A stretch of DNA of 52,704 nt from a virus (lineage: Duplodnaviria; Caudoviricetes): IMG/VR virus record IMGVR_UViG_3300046715_000106, positions 1 to 52,704 of that record; one strand, written 5' to 3'. A model generated the notes under the pieces. The model searched no databases, was not told the DNA's origin, and worked only from the letters and a program-made list of their open reading frames with translations. Positions 8,627-17,177 of this stretch are shown one piece after another. Within the stretch, counting starts at the first letter, position 1. The number at the start of each line of letters is the position of its first letter. Both the position numbers and the translations under genes were made by a program.

Positions 8627-8845
8627 GTGACCACACAGATTACCGACCCCGAGAACACCGCTGGCGACTTGATCGCCCCGAACGGCAAGGTCTGGCGGAT
8701 CACCGAGCACACGCGGAACGGCGCGGCGCTGTACGTGATCGACGGCGTGGACCCGGTGAAGTGCCCGCGTCTGGTGATGTCGACGCGGATGGAGCTGGAG
8801 GCGATCTTCGGCGCGGAGCTGCTGCCGCTGGGTGGTGCCGCGTGA
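8627..8845 (+). CDS. Hypothetical protein
   Basis: RBS AGAGG; coupled to next gene. Confidence 0.65.
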   Translation: MTTQITDPENTAGDLIAPNGKVWRITEHTRNGAALYVIDGVDPVKCPRLVMSTRMELEAIFGAELLPLGGAA

Positions 8846-9432
8846 ATACGAAGCTCGTGAACTCGGCGGCGGGCGTGATCCTGGCCGCTCTCACGCAGAA
8901 CCGGACGGCCGCGGGGATCGCGCTGGCGTTGGACTCGGCGCAGCTGCTGATGACGCCCGAGAAGGCCGTCGAGCTGGCCGAGTTGCGGCGGCAGTTGGAG
9001 TCCTCCCGTGTCGACGGTCGGCGTCTGATCCGTGCTGAGCAGCGGTGTGCGGAGTTGGAAGCGGTGCTGGGCACGCACCGGAAGGACGACCAGGCCGTGA
9101 TCGAGCGGCTGCGGGCTCGGGTCGCCGAGCTGGAGCAGAGGGGCGCTGAGGCGCCTGTCGCAGTCGCCTTGACGCCGAAGGCGGCCGAGTCGGCGGACAA
9201 GCTGACCGCGCTGTTCGCGCCGACGCAGGCCCTCCGCGAGGGCGCGCCCGCACCGACGGCCGTCACCTGCGCCGACCACGACCCGGCGATGGAGTGCACG
9301 GACGGAAAGTGCACCTGCCCCTGCGGCAAGCCGTGCACGTGCGGCGGCTGCTGCGGCTGCTGCACCTCGTTCTGCAGCCACACCTCCTACTGCGAGTCAG
9401 CGTGGCTCCACTCGGGTCGTGATGACGCGTGA
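8842..9432 (+). CDS. Coiled-coil protein with Cys-rich metallothionein-like C-terminus
   Basis: C-terminal CTDGKCTCPCGKPCTCGGCCGCCTSFCSHTSYC. Confidence 0.7.
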   Translation: MNTKLVNSAAGVILAALTQNRTAAGIALALDSAQLLMTPEKAVELAELRRQLESSRVDGRRLIRAEQRCAELEAVLGTHRKDDQAVIERLRARVAELEQRGAEAPVAVALTPKAAESADKLTALFAPTQALREGAPAPTAVTCADHDPAMECTDGKCTCPCGKPCTCGGCCGCCTSFCSHTSYCESAWLHSGRDDA

Positions 9433-9653
9433 TGCACGAGTCCTCCACCGACGTCCTCGCCTGCGTCCTCCTCGCGATCAGCCTGTTCGCCGCGTCGCTG
9501 GTGCCGTGGCTGCTCCTCGTCAACGCCGAGCACCTCACCCCCGCGTGGATGCGTGAACTCCCCGCGAAGGCCTCCGAGTTGCGGCGTGATGCCGCTCTGT
9601 CGGCGGCGGCTCTCCTGCTTCTCCTCTCTGCTCCGAAGGGGTCGACCTCATGA
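9429..9653 (+). CDS. Small membrane protein
   Basis: Two hydrophobic stretches; coupled. Confidence 0.6.
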   Translation: MMHESSTDVLACVLLAISLFAASLVPWLLLVNAEHLTPAWMRELPAKASELRRDAALSAAALLLLLSAPKGSTS

Positions 9654-10024
9654 CCACCACTCCCGTTGACGGCCCGTTCCCCATCAAGGTCACGGCCACC
9701 CCGTCCGGCGCCGAACTCGACTTGTCCGCCTTCCTGTTCAAGGCCGTGTTCACCGAGCTCATCACCAAGGCGGACGAGGACCCCGAGGGCCTCGTCTCCG
9801 AGCTCACGGACATGGCGGACCTGCTCCGCTCGGCGGCTCACGGCGGCCGGGACAGCCACGCCAGGCACGAGTTCGACGAGCGGATGAACTCGATGCTCAA
9901 GGAGTTCGCCAACGACGGTGTGATCCCCGTGTACGGGGAGCAGGTCGGCAGGCTTCGCGACCGGCTGGCGGAGATCGCGGCCCCCCGCCCGGTGCCCTCG
10001 CAGCAGGACCGGAGGGCGTCATGA
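9650..10024 (+). CDS. Hypothetical protein
   Basis: ATGA coupling, codon bias. Confidence 0.7.
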   Translation: MTTTPVDGPFPIKVTATPSGAELDLSAFLFKAVFTELITKADEDPEGLVSELTDMADLLRSAAHGGRDSHARHEFDERMNSMLKEFANDGVIPVYGEQVGRLRDRLAEIAAPRPVPSQQDRRAS

Positions 10025-10272
10025 GCGCCATCGTCTCCCCGTACAGCAGCAACCCCCGCTCCCGGGTCGCCCGCCTCGTCGCGCTCCTCGTCGAACGGCA
10101 GCGCGCCGCCGCCGAGCAGGAGAGGCTCACCGCCCTCGACACCTACCGCACGCACCTCCCCGTCGACCACCCGTACCGGCACATGCTCGACACCGTGGAC
10201 GTGGCGTGCGCCCGGATGGTGTGCACGCCCACGGAGATCTGCTCGTGCCCGCCGCAGGACGGTGCCGCATGA
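10021..10272 (+). CDS. Hypothetical protein
   Basis: ATGA coupling. Confidence 0.65.
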   Translation: MSAIVSPYSSNPRSRVARLVALLVERQRAAAEQERLTALDTYRTHLPVDHPYRHMLDTVDVACARMVCTPTEICSCPPQDGAA

Positions 10273-10769
10273 ACGCCCGCCGCCAGATCATCGCCGCCCT
10301 GTCCGAGGACAGCCTCGGCGGGATCGCCACCCTCCACGACGTGACTCGCGCGGAGCAACTGGCCGACGCCTACCGCGCCGAGCTGCTCGCCGAGGTTGAT
10401 GCCCTCCTCGAAGCCGAACGCATGGAACACGCGGACCGCCGCCTGTTCAGCGAAGGCATCGAGCAGGGCCGGCAGGCCGTCAAGCGGCTGGCCGCTGAGA
10501 CCAGGGAGAAGGCCACCGCCACGGCGGCGACGGCCACTCCCAACGCCGCCGCCCGACAGACCAAACTCCTGGCCCGCATCCGCGACGAAGGCGGCCACTG
10601 GAAGACCGGTCGCGTCGTCCGCACCTACGGCCAACTCGGCTACAGCGGCAGCGTCCGTACCGCCCGCTTCGACCTCGCCATCCTCCGCGACTCAGGCGCC
10701 ATCACCGAGCACAACGAGAAGGGCGTCAGGTTCTACACCCTCAACTCCCAGAAGGGCAGCCGTTCGTGA
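10269..10769 (+). CDS. Hypothetical protein with possible C-terminal winged helix
   Basis: VRTARFDLAILRDSGAIT wHTH-like segment; coupled. Confidence 0.65.
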   Translation: MNARRQIIAALSEDSLGGIATLHDVTRAEQLADAYRAELLAEVDALLEAERMEHADRRLFSEGIEQGRQAVKRLAAETREKATATAATATPNAAARQTKLLARIRDEGGHWKTGRVVRTYGQLGYSGSVRTARFDLAILRDSGAITEHNEKGVRFYTLNSQKGSRS

Positions 10770-11650
10770 GCACCACCGCGCAGGCCGGGGCGAGCGTCGC
10801 CCCGGCCGCCGGCCCCGACCGAATCCCCCGCCCCTCGCAGGGCTGGTACCGCGTCCCCGGCACCGACATCAAACTCCGCCGCGTCACCACCATCCTGTCG
10901 CAGGGATTCCCCAAGCCGCAGCTCGTGTTCTGGGCAGCCAACCTCACCGCGGCCGACGCCTTCGCCACCCTGCCCCGCCTCGTCCACGCCTCGCTCCGAC
11001 CGGCCGACAAGGAAGCCGCATACGACTGGCTGCGCAAGGGCCACATCCGCAAGAAGGACGAACGCGGAGAGATCGGCGGCGCCGTCCACGACGTCATCGA
11101 AGCGAAGGTCCTCGGCACCCCCATCCCCGAAAGCTTCCTCACCGACGACGAGATCGCCCCGTTCATCGACCACTTCCTCCGCTTCGTCGAGGAGTGGGAG
11201 ATCGAGTTCGAGGCCTCGGAGATGACCGTCGGGAACTTCACCGACGGATGGGCCGGGAAGCTCGACTACCTGTTCCGCTCACCTCGCATCGCGGCCGCGC
11301 TCCGAGTCCCCACGAACACGCTGTTCATCGGCGACACGAAGACCGGCGGTGAGCTCGACGAGAAGGGCGTGTACCCGGAGGCCGGCGCGCAGATGTCCGC
11401 GTACCGGCGGGCCGAGGTGGCGTGGCTGCCGGACGGCACGCAGGTCCCCATGCCGAAGGCGCACCCAGTCGGAATCGTTCTGCACCTGCGCCCGGAGGGT
11501 TACCGCCCTATGCCGCTGAAGTGCGGCGACGACGTGTACGAGGCCTTCCGCCACGTCCAGCAGGTCGCCGAGTTCCAGCGCGTCCTCGCCAAATCCGTTG
11601 TGGGTGAGGCCCTCACCCTTCCCGCCACCACTGAAGAGAGGGCCGCCTGA
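10766..11650 (+). CDS. PD-(D/E)XK (RecB/Cas4-like) exonuclease
   Basis: GGAVH, GKLD, GDTKTG and QMSAY motifs. Confidence 0.8.
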   Translation: MSTTAQAGASVAPAAGPDRIPRPSQGWYRVPGTDIKLRRVTTILSQGFPKPQLVFWAANLTAADAFATLPRLVHASLRPADKEAAYDWLRKGHIRKKDERGEIGGAVHDVIEAKVLGTPIPESFLTDDEIAPFIDHFLRFVEEWEIEFEASEMTVGNFTDGWAGKLDYLFRSPRIAAALRVPTNTLFIGDTKTGGELDEKGVYPEAGAQMSAYRRAEVAWLPDGTQVPMPKAHPVGIVLHLRPEGYRPMPLKCGDDVYEAFRHVQQVAEFQRVLAKSVVGEALTLPATTEERAA

Positions 11651-12759
11651 TGCCCATCCTCGATCTCCAGCAGCGCATCCGCGAGTTGGGCCGGATCCGC
11701 ATCGGCCAGAAGGTCGCCACCTCCAACGGCAAGACCCGCCCGTCGAAGCTCAACCGCTTCCGCCTGACGTCGCCCTCCCGCGAGCTCCTCGACAGGGTGG
11801 CCACGCAGTACGGCGGGACCGTCGCCCCGTGGACCCCCGACGGCGGGGCCGGGCAGTACGAGGTCATCACCGAGGCAACCCGCATGCCGATCCTCGTACC
11901 GCACCAGCCCGTCTCCCAGTACTACGAGCTGTGGTCGGGCGGCGGATGCCAGCGTCGCTGCGACGGCGTCACCGAGCTGCTCAAGGATCGGCCGTGCATC
12001 TGCGGCCCGGACCCCGAGGAGCGGCAGTGCAAGCCCACCACCCGCCTGAACGTCGTCCTCTCCGAGGTGCCCGGCGTCGGCGTGTGGCGGCTGGAGTCCC
12101 ACGGCTACTACGCAGCCCTCGAACTCCCCGGGGTGGCCGAGCTGCTGGCGAAGGCTGGCGGGTACGTGCCCGCGTTCCTCGGTCTGGAGGAGCGCACCGC
12201 GAAGCGGGACGGGCAGACCCGGCGGTGGATGGTGCCGACGATCGACGTCGACATCACCCCGACTGCACTCATGGCGGGCAACACGACCGCGGTTCCGGCG
12301 GTGACGGGCGGCCCGGAGCGGGCCGCGATCGAGGCGCCGCGCCCGGACTACGTGCAACTCGCGTCTGTGGCGAAGACGTCGGCCGAGGTGCGGGACCTGT
12401 ACAAGCAGGCCGTCGCGGCGAAGCACATGACCAAGGACATCGCGAACGCCCTGACCGCGCGGGCTGCGGAACTGGACACGCCGAAGAAGACACCGGACGC
12501 GCCGGACGCCACCCCGCAGGACCAGACACCGCCTCCGTCTGAGGAAGGCGAGGTGTATGAGGCCGAGTTCGTCGACGACCCGGCCGACGTGCAAGACGTC
12601 TGGTTCCAGGTCATCGCCGCCGCCGGCGCCCACGGCCTGACGACGGAGCAGGTAGAGGCCGGGTTTGCGCAACGCCACGGCGGGCTGCACCCGTCGTCCG
12701 CGACCGTCGCGCAGATGAACACGTACCTCGCCGCGGTGAAGGCCGGTGAGGTCCGATGA
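11650..12759 (+). CDS. Gp3-like recombination protein (candidate ssDNA-annealing partner)
   Basis: LGRIRIG...PSKLNRFRLTS N-terminus and Cys cluster; follows the exonuclease. Confidence 0.6.
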   Translation: MPILDLQQRIRELGRIRIGQKVATSNGKTRPSKLNRFRLTSPSRELLDRVATQYGGTVAPWTPDGGAGQYEVITEATRMPILVPHQPVSQYYELWSGGGCQRRCDGVTELLKDRPCICGPDPEERQCKPTTRLNVVLSEVPGVGVWRLESHGYYAALELPGVAELLAKAGGYVPAFLGLEERTAKRDGQTRRWMVPTIDVDITPTALMAGNTTAVPAVTGGPERAAIEAPRPDYVQLASVAKTSAEVRDLYKQAVAAKHMTKDIANALTARAAELDTPKKTPDAPDATPQDQTPPPSEEGEVYEAEFVDDPADVQDVWFQVIAAAGAHGLTTEQVEAGFAQRHGGLHPSSATVAQMNTYLAAVKAGEVR

Positions 12760-13505
12760 GCACCTTCGCCGAGGTCCCCAAGACCGCGTGGGACACCGAG
12801 ACAACCGGCCCGAATCCGCTCGAAGACCGCATCGTCACCGCCGCCTTCATCGTCCGGGGCGGAGGCCAGGACGAGCGCGACCTGTCGTGGCTCATCAACC
12901 CAGGCATCCCGATCCCGGCCGAGGCAACTGCGGTTCATGGGATTACCGACGCCATGGTGCAGGCCAACGGACTGGACCCGAAGGTCGCCCTCGACGAGGT
13001 CGCCAACTGCCTGGCCTACGCGATCGAGTCGCACATGCCGGTCATCGCGTTCAACCACAGCTTCGACTGGTCGATCCTCCACTACGACCTGATCCGCAAC
13101 GGACTGCCCACCGTCCACGACCGGGTCGGCGCGGGCCCGCTGCCGCTGCTGGATCCGCACGTCATCGACCGGCAGTGCCTCCAGCGGCTGCGCGGTGCGG
13201 GCATGCGGAAGTTGAAGCCGACGGCCGAGCGGTATGGCGTCGAGCTGAAGGACTGGCACACCGCGGAGGCGGACGCATTGGCCGCGCTGCTCATCACCGA
13301 GGCCCTGTTCGCCAAGTACGGGCAGCTCAACAGCATGGGTCCGCAGCAGTTGTACGCGGCGCAGAAGGCGTGGCGGGCGGAGCAGCAGGCCGGGTTGCAG
13401 GACTGGTTCCGGACGAAGGCCACGCCGGAGCAGGGCGGCGCCCCGGACAAAGTGATCGACGGCTCCTGGCCTCTCATCCCGGCGCAGCGTGGGGAGGGCG
13501 AGTGA
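12756..13505 (+). CDS. DnaQ-like DEDDh 3'-5' exonuclease
   Basis: DTETTG, FNHSFD and HTAEAD motifs. Confidence 0.92.
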   Translation: MSTFAEVPKTAWDTETTGPNPLEDRIVTAAFIVRGGGQDERDLSWLINPGIPIPAEATAVHGITDAMVQANGLDPKVALDEVANCLAYAIESHMPVIAFNHSFDWSILHYDLIRNGLPTVHDRVGAGPLPLLDPHVIDRQCLQRLRGAGMRKLKPTAERYGVELKDWHTAEADALAALLITEALFAKYGQLNSMGPQQLYAAQKAWRAEQQAGLQDWFRTKATPEQGGAPDKVIDGSWPLIPAQRGEGE

Positions 13506-13843
13506 TGTTCGTTGCCCGCCCGAGATACGCCGCCCTCCGCGCCCGCTATCAGGAGGTCGTCGAAGAACGCGACGAAGCCGTGAAGCTCGCCGCGGAACGC
13601 CTGTCCACGATCACCCGGCAGGCCGAGACGATCACCCATCTCCGCGACACCACCCCCGACAGCCCGGTGTCACAGCCCCAGCCCGTGCAGGGCGACGCAG
13701 AGCTGCGCCGTCAGCTGCGCCTCTCGCAGAAGGCGCGGGCCGCACTGGAGGAGCAGCTCCTCACCGTGCAGCGGTCAAACGAGGTGCAGGCCCGGCAGTT
13801 GCGTGAGCACGCCGAGGCAGCGCGGGAGGTGACCGAGTCGTGA
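13505..13843 (+). CDS. Coiled-coil hypothetical protein
   Basis: TGATG coupling. Confidence 0.65.
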   Translation: MFVARPRYAALRARYQEVVEERDEAVKLAAERLSTITRQAETITHLRDTTPDSPVSQPQPVQGDAELRRQLRLSQKARAALEEQLLTVQRSNEVQARQLREHAEAAREVTES

Positions 13844-14130
13844 CCAGTCCCATCCATGTCCTGCGGCAGATCGTCAACGGCGGCGGCCGACACCGGCCGC
13901 GCCGCCCGCTGCTCCTGCCGGACGCCCCGCTCGCGCCGGCCGCAGAGCCGGTACCGCATGTGGTGCTCGACGAAGACGAGTTGGAGCAGCTCCTCAACAC
14001 CGGCGACGCTCTCGCGAACGAGTTCGACACCTGCCCCGCCGAACAGCGCACCACCTTCCACGCCCTGTACCGCGACGGCTCCCGCCGCTGCTGGACCTGC
14101 GGTGTGGAGACGCTAGGGGGCGGCCAGTGA
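13840..14130 (+). CDS. Hypothetical protein with zinc-ribbon motif
   Basis: CPAE...H...CWTC. Confidence 0.65.
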   Translation: MTSPIHVLRQIVNGGGRHRPRRPLLLPDAPLAPAAEPVPHVVLDEDELEQLLNTGDALANEFDTCPAEQRTTFHALYRDGSRRCWTCGVETLGGGQ

Positions 14131-14714
14131 GCACGCTCTTCGACCTCAGTCCCGAGGTTCCGGCCGCCCTTCCGGCGGTCGGGCCCCGGCCCCTGGTGGT
14201 CGTGGCACTCGATGTCTCCCTCACCTGCACCGGCGTGGCCGGACTCGGCTGGACCGACCGCATCCGTACGAAGCTCCGCGGCGACGAACGGCTCGCGTAC
14301 CTGGAGACCGAGATCGCATCGTTCATCCGGGCCGCGGACATGGTCGCCATGGAAGGCCCGTCGTACGGACACAGCGGGCCGCGGTACCACGAAGACCTCG
14401 CCGGGCTCCGCGTGTTGGTGCGCCGCTACTGCCACCGGCATGGCATCCCGTACGCCCTGGTACCGCCGTCGAACCTGAAGCTGTACGTCACCGGCCGCGG
14501 CAACGCCGCGAAGGGCGAGGTGCGTTCGGCGATCGCCGACCGGTACGACGTCCACACGGAGGGCGTCGGCCGGTACGACATGGCGGACGCGTATGGCGCG
14601 CTCGCCGCGGCGTCGGACTGGTTGGGCCAGTCGCTCGCCGCGGTGCCGGACAAGAACCGCGGGGCTCTGGCTGGCTGCCAGTGGCCGGACCGCGAGGCGG
14701 TGACCGCGCGATGA
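14127..14714 (+). CDS. RuvC-like Holliday junction resolvase
   Basis: ALDVSLTCTG, AMEG, TGRGNAAK and DMADA motifs. Confidence 0.85.
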   Translation: MSTLFDLSPEVPAALPAVGPRPLVVVALDVSLTCTGVAGLGWTDRIRTKLRGDERLAYLETEIASFIRAADMVAMEGPSYGHSGPRYHEDLAGLRVLVRRYCHRHGIPYALVPPSNLKLYVTGRGNAAKGEVRSAIADRYDVHTEGVGRYDMADAYGALAAASDWLGQSLAAVPDKNRGALAGCQWPDREAVTAR

Positions 14715-15199
14715 AGCTCGTACACGCCGCCCCCGACACCGCCGAACCCGAGCCCGCCTGGCAGGACTCCGCATCCTGCATCGGACCCGAACACGACGAC
14801 CACCGCGACCTCTGGTACGCGCCCGACAGCGACCACAAGGGAGTGGCCCACGCGGTCAGCATCTGCAAGCAGTGCCCCGTCGTAAAGGAGTGCGCGGCCG
14901 CCGCGTTCGCGAGCGGTGAGAAGTTCGGTATCTGGGGCGGGATGACGGCCCGGCAGCGCAAGCTCGCCCTGCGCCGGGCGACGAAGGCCCGCGCCCGCGC
15001 CAAGGCGGCCGCCCCGGAGACCGCTCCTGTTCCGGTCAAGGCGAAGCGCAGCCGGAAGCCTGCCGAGTGCGGCACCCGCAGCGGCTACCAGAAGCACCTC
15101 CGGGACAAGACGGAGATCTGCGCGCCGTGCCGTCAGGCGAATACGGACGCAGACAACCGGCTGCGCCGCACAGGGACCACCAAGGAGCTCGCGGCATGA
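14711..15199 (+). CDS. whiB: WhiB-family transcription factor with extra C-terminal zinc-like motif
   Basis: WQDSASC, ICKQCPVVKEC, GIWGG; CGTRSGYQKH...CAPC. Confidence 0.9.
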   Translation: MKLVHAAPDTAEPEPAWQDSASCIGPEHDDHRDLWYAPDSDHKGVAHAVSICKQCPVVKECAAAAFASGEKFGIWGGMTARQRKLALRRATKARARAKAAAPETAPVPVKAKRSRKPAECGTRSGYQKHLRDKTEICAPCRQANTDADNRLRRTGTTKELAA

Positions 15200-15414
15200 C
15201 GGGCCCGTGGATCGGCGGCCTCACCGTCCGCCGCACCGAGCGCGGCCAGACCCCGATCGCCGACTTCCTGTGCACCGCATGCGGCCTCCATCGCCGCGTC
15301 ACCGGCCGCGCGAAAGTCCAGGACTTCACCCGCGCCAACCCCATCACCGACCACCGGGCCACCTGCCCGGCCACCACCCGCACCGCCAACCCGCAAGGAG
15401 CACACGCCGCATGA
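15196..15414 (+). CDS. Small zinc-finger-like protein
   Basis: CTAC...HRATC. Confidence 0.65.
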   Translation: MTGPWIGGLTVRRTERGQTPIADFLCTACGLHRRVTGRAKVQDFTRANPITDHRATCPATTRTANPQGAHAA

Positions 15415-15605
15415 CCACCCGGCACCTCACCGGCGACGACCGCGACACCACCCGCAACGAAGCCGCCCGCCTCTACCAGACCGGCTTCACCATCCGCGTC
15501 GTCGCCAAACAGATCGGCCGCTCCTACGGCAACACCCGCGTCCTGCTGCTGGAGGCCGGGGTGGCGCTCCGCTCCAAGGGCGGCTACCACCCCAAGACCT
15601 CCTGA
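15411..15605 (+). CDS. Small HTH protein
   Basis: YQTGFTIRVVAKQIGRSYGNTRVLLLEAGVALR. Confidence 0.75.
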   Translation: MTTRHLTGDDRDTTRNEAARLYQTGFTIRVVAKQIGRSYGNTRVLLLEAGVALRSKGGYHPKTS

Positions 15606-15649
15606 CCTCAACACCCGTGCACCACAACGAAGAAAGGCACCACCAGCAC

Positions 15650-16024
15650 ATGACCACCCAGCACGAGACCGACACCGAGGCCACCGTCGAGCGCGCCGAC
15701 ATCGCCGCCTTCCTCGCCAGCCACCTCAACGGCCGCACCGCCGAAGAACTCTCCACCGAGTTCCACCAGTTGCTCGACGCCGTCCGCGCCCACGGCAAGA
15801 AGGGCCAGCTCGTCATCACCGTCGTCGTCGACCCGCCGGCGAACGGCGTCGAGTCCGCGCCGATGCCCATCGGTGTCGAGTCCGCAGTGAAGGCCCCGAA
15901 GCCGACGCCGGTGAAGTCCCTCTACTTCCTCGACGACGACGGCAACCCCGTCCGCGAGGACCCGCGGCAGCTCTCCATCGAGTTCCGCACCGCGCCCACC
16001 ACCGACAACTACAAGAAGGCCTGA
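15650..16024 (+). CDS. Hypothetical protein, partner of DUF2303 gene
   Basis: KKGQLVITV...FLDDDGNPVREDPRQL. Confidence 0.7.
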   Translation: MTTQHETDTEATVERADIAAFLASHLNGRTAEELSTEFHQLLDAVRAHGKKGQLVITVVVDPPANGVESAPMPIGVESAVKAPKPTPVKSLYFLDDDGNPVREDPRQLSIEFRTAPTTDNYKKA

Positions 16025-16029
16025 CCACT

Positions 16030-16866
16030 GTGACGACCTACACCACCGCCCCGGCCACCGACCTCGACGGCATCCAGTCCGTCATCGACATCGCACAGCA
16101 GGCCACCGAGCCGTTCCCGCTGGAGACCGGCAGGGTCTACGCCGTCACCACCCCGCGCGGCGTCGAGCGCATCGACCTCACCGGCATCGAGTACAAGGAG
16201 GCACCCGACCGGAAGACCGGCACCACCGTCGTCCGCGACAGCGCATCCTTCCTCGCCTACTTCGCCAAGCACTCCGACGACAACACCGAGGTCTACGCCG
16301 ACGCCGAGCGGCTCACGACGACCGCCATCCTCGACGCCAACACCCGCGAGGCAGCGCGCTGGGAAAGCCACCGCCTCGCCCTCATCCTGCGCCGCACGGA
16401 GGCGTGGCAGCAGTGGATCGACAACGACGGCCGTCTCATGAAGCAGGACGCGTTCGCCGAGTTCATCCAAGACCACCTCCCCGAGCTCCGGACGCCGTCG
16501 GCCGCCGAGATGCTGGAGATCGCGCAGTCCATCCAGGGAGTGTCGAAGGCGGAGTTCCAGTCCGGCAGCCGCCTCTCCGACGGGCGCCGACAGTTCCAGT
16601 ACGTCGAGACCGTCACCGCGAAGGCCGGGCAGAAGGGCCAGCTCGAAATCCCGGACACGTTCGTCGTCGGCCTGGTGCCGTTCGAGGGCTCGGAGGGGTA
16701 CGAGCTCACCGCCCGCTTCCGCTACCGCATCGGCAGCGGCGGCGAGTTGACGATGGGCTACAAGCTCGAACGGCCCACCGACACGCTTCGCGCCGCCTTC
16801 GCGGACGTGGTCACCGCGATCAGTAGCGAGATCACGGTGCCGGTTATGAACGGGACGCCCGCCTGA
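16030..16866 (+). CDS. DUF2303 (YfdQ-like) protein
   Basis: QDAFAEFIQD and ARFRYRI motifs. Confidence 0.75.
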   Translation: MTTYTTAPATDLDGIQSVIDIAQQATEPFPLETGRVYAVTTPRGVERIDLTGIEYKEAPDRKTGTTVVRDSASFLAYFAKHSDDNTEVYADAERLTTTAILDANTREAARWESHRLALILRRTEAWQQWIDNDGRLMKQDAFAEFIQDHLPELRTPSAAEMLEIAQSIQGVSKAEFQSGSRLSDGRRQFQYVETVTAKAGQKGQLEIPDTFVVGLVPFEGSEGYELTARFRYRIGSGGELTMGYKLERPTDTLRAAFADVVTAISSEITVPVMNGTPA

Positions 16867-17165
16867 TGGCCGGCCGGACGCGGGGCGGCGCCGACTCCCG
16901 CTGCCCCGCGTGCGGCCGCCCCCTCCTCGTCCAGTGGGTCGGAGACGTCGCAGCCCTCCAAGCCGTCGTCACCCTCCACCCGCCCGAGGAGCACCTCCCC
17001 TACCCGCAGGCGGCGCAAGACCAGACGGCGAACGACCTCGTCTGGTGCCTGCCCCGCCTCCCGCACCGGGCGCCACGCCTCCGCTGGACCAGCAGCCGAC
17101 ATCCACCCGACTGCCCCCACCAGCACCTCACAACGCACAAGTGCCCGACGCAACCGCTCTTTTGA
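16866..17165 (+). CDS. Small Cys/His-rich protein
   Basis: CPACG and C..H....H.C; coupled. Confidence 0.6.
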   Translation: MAGRTRGGADSRCPACGRPLLVQWVGDVAALQAVVTLHPPEEHLPYPQAAQDQTANDLVWCLPRLPHRAPRLRWTSSRHPPDCPHQHLTTHKCPTQPLF

Positions 17166-17177
17166 GGAGACCCGCCC

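Noticed and set aside
10766-11650. Cas4 as a sign of a CRISPR system
   Set aside because: No array or cas1/cas2 and no obvious Fe-S Cys cluster; context is phage recombination.
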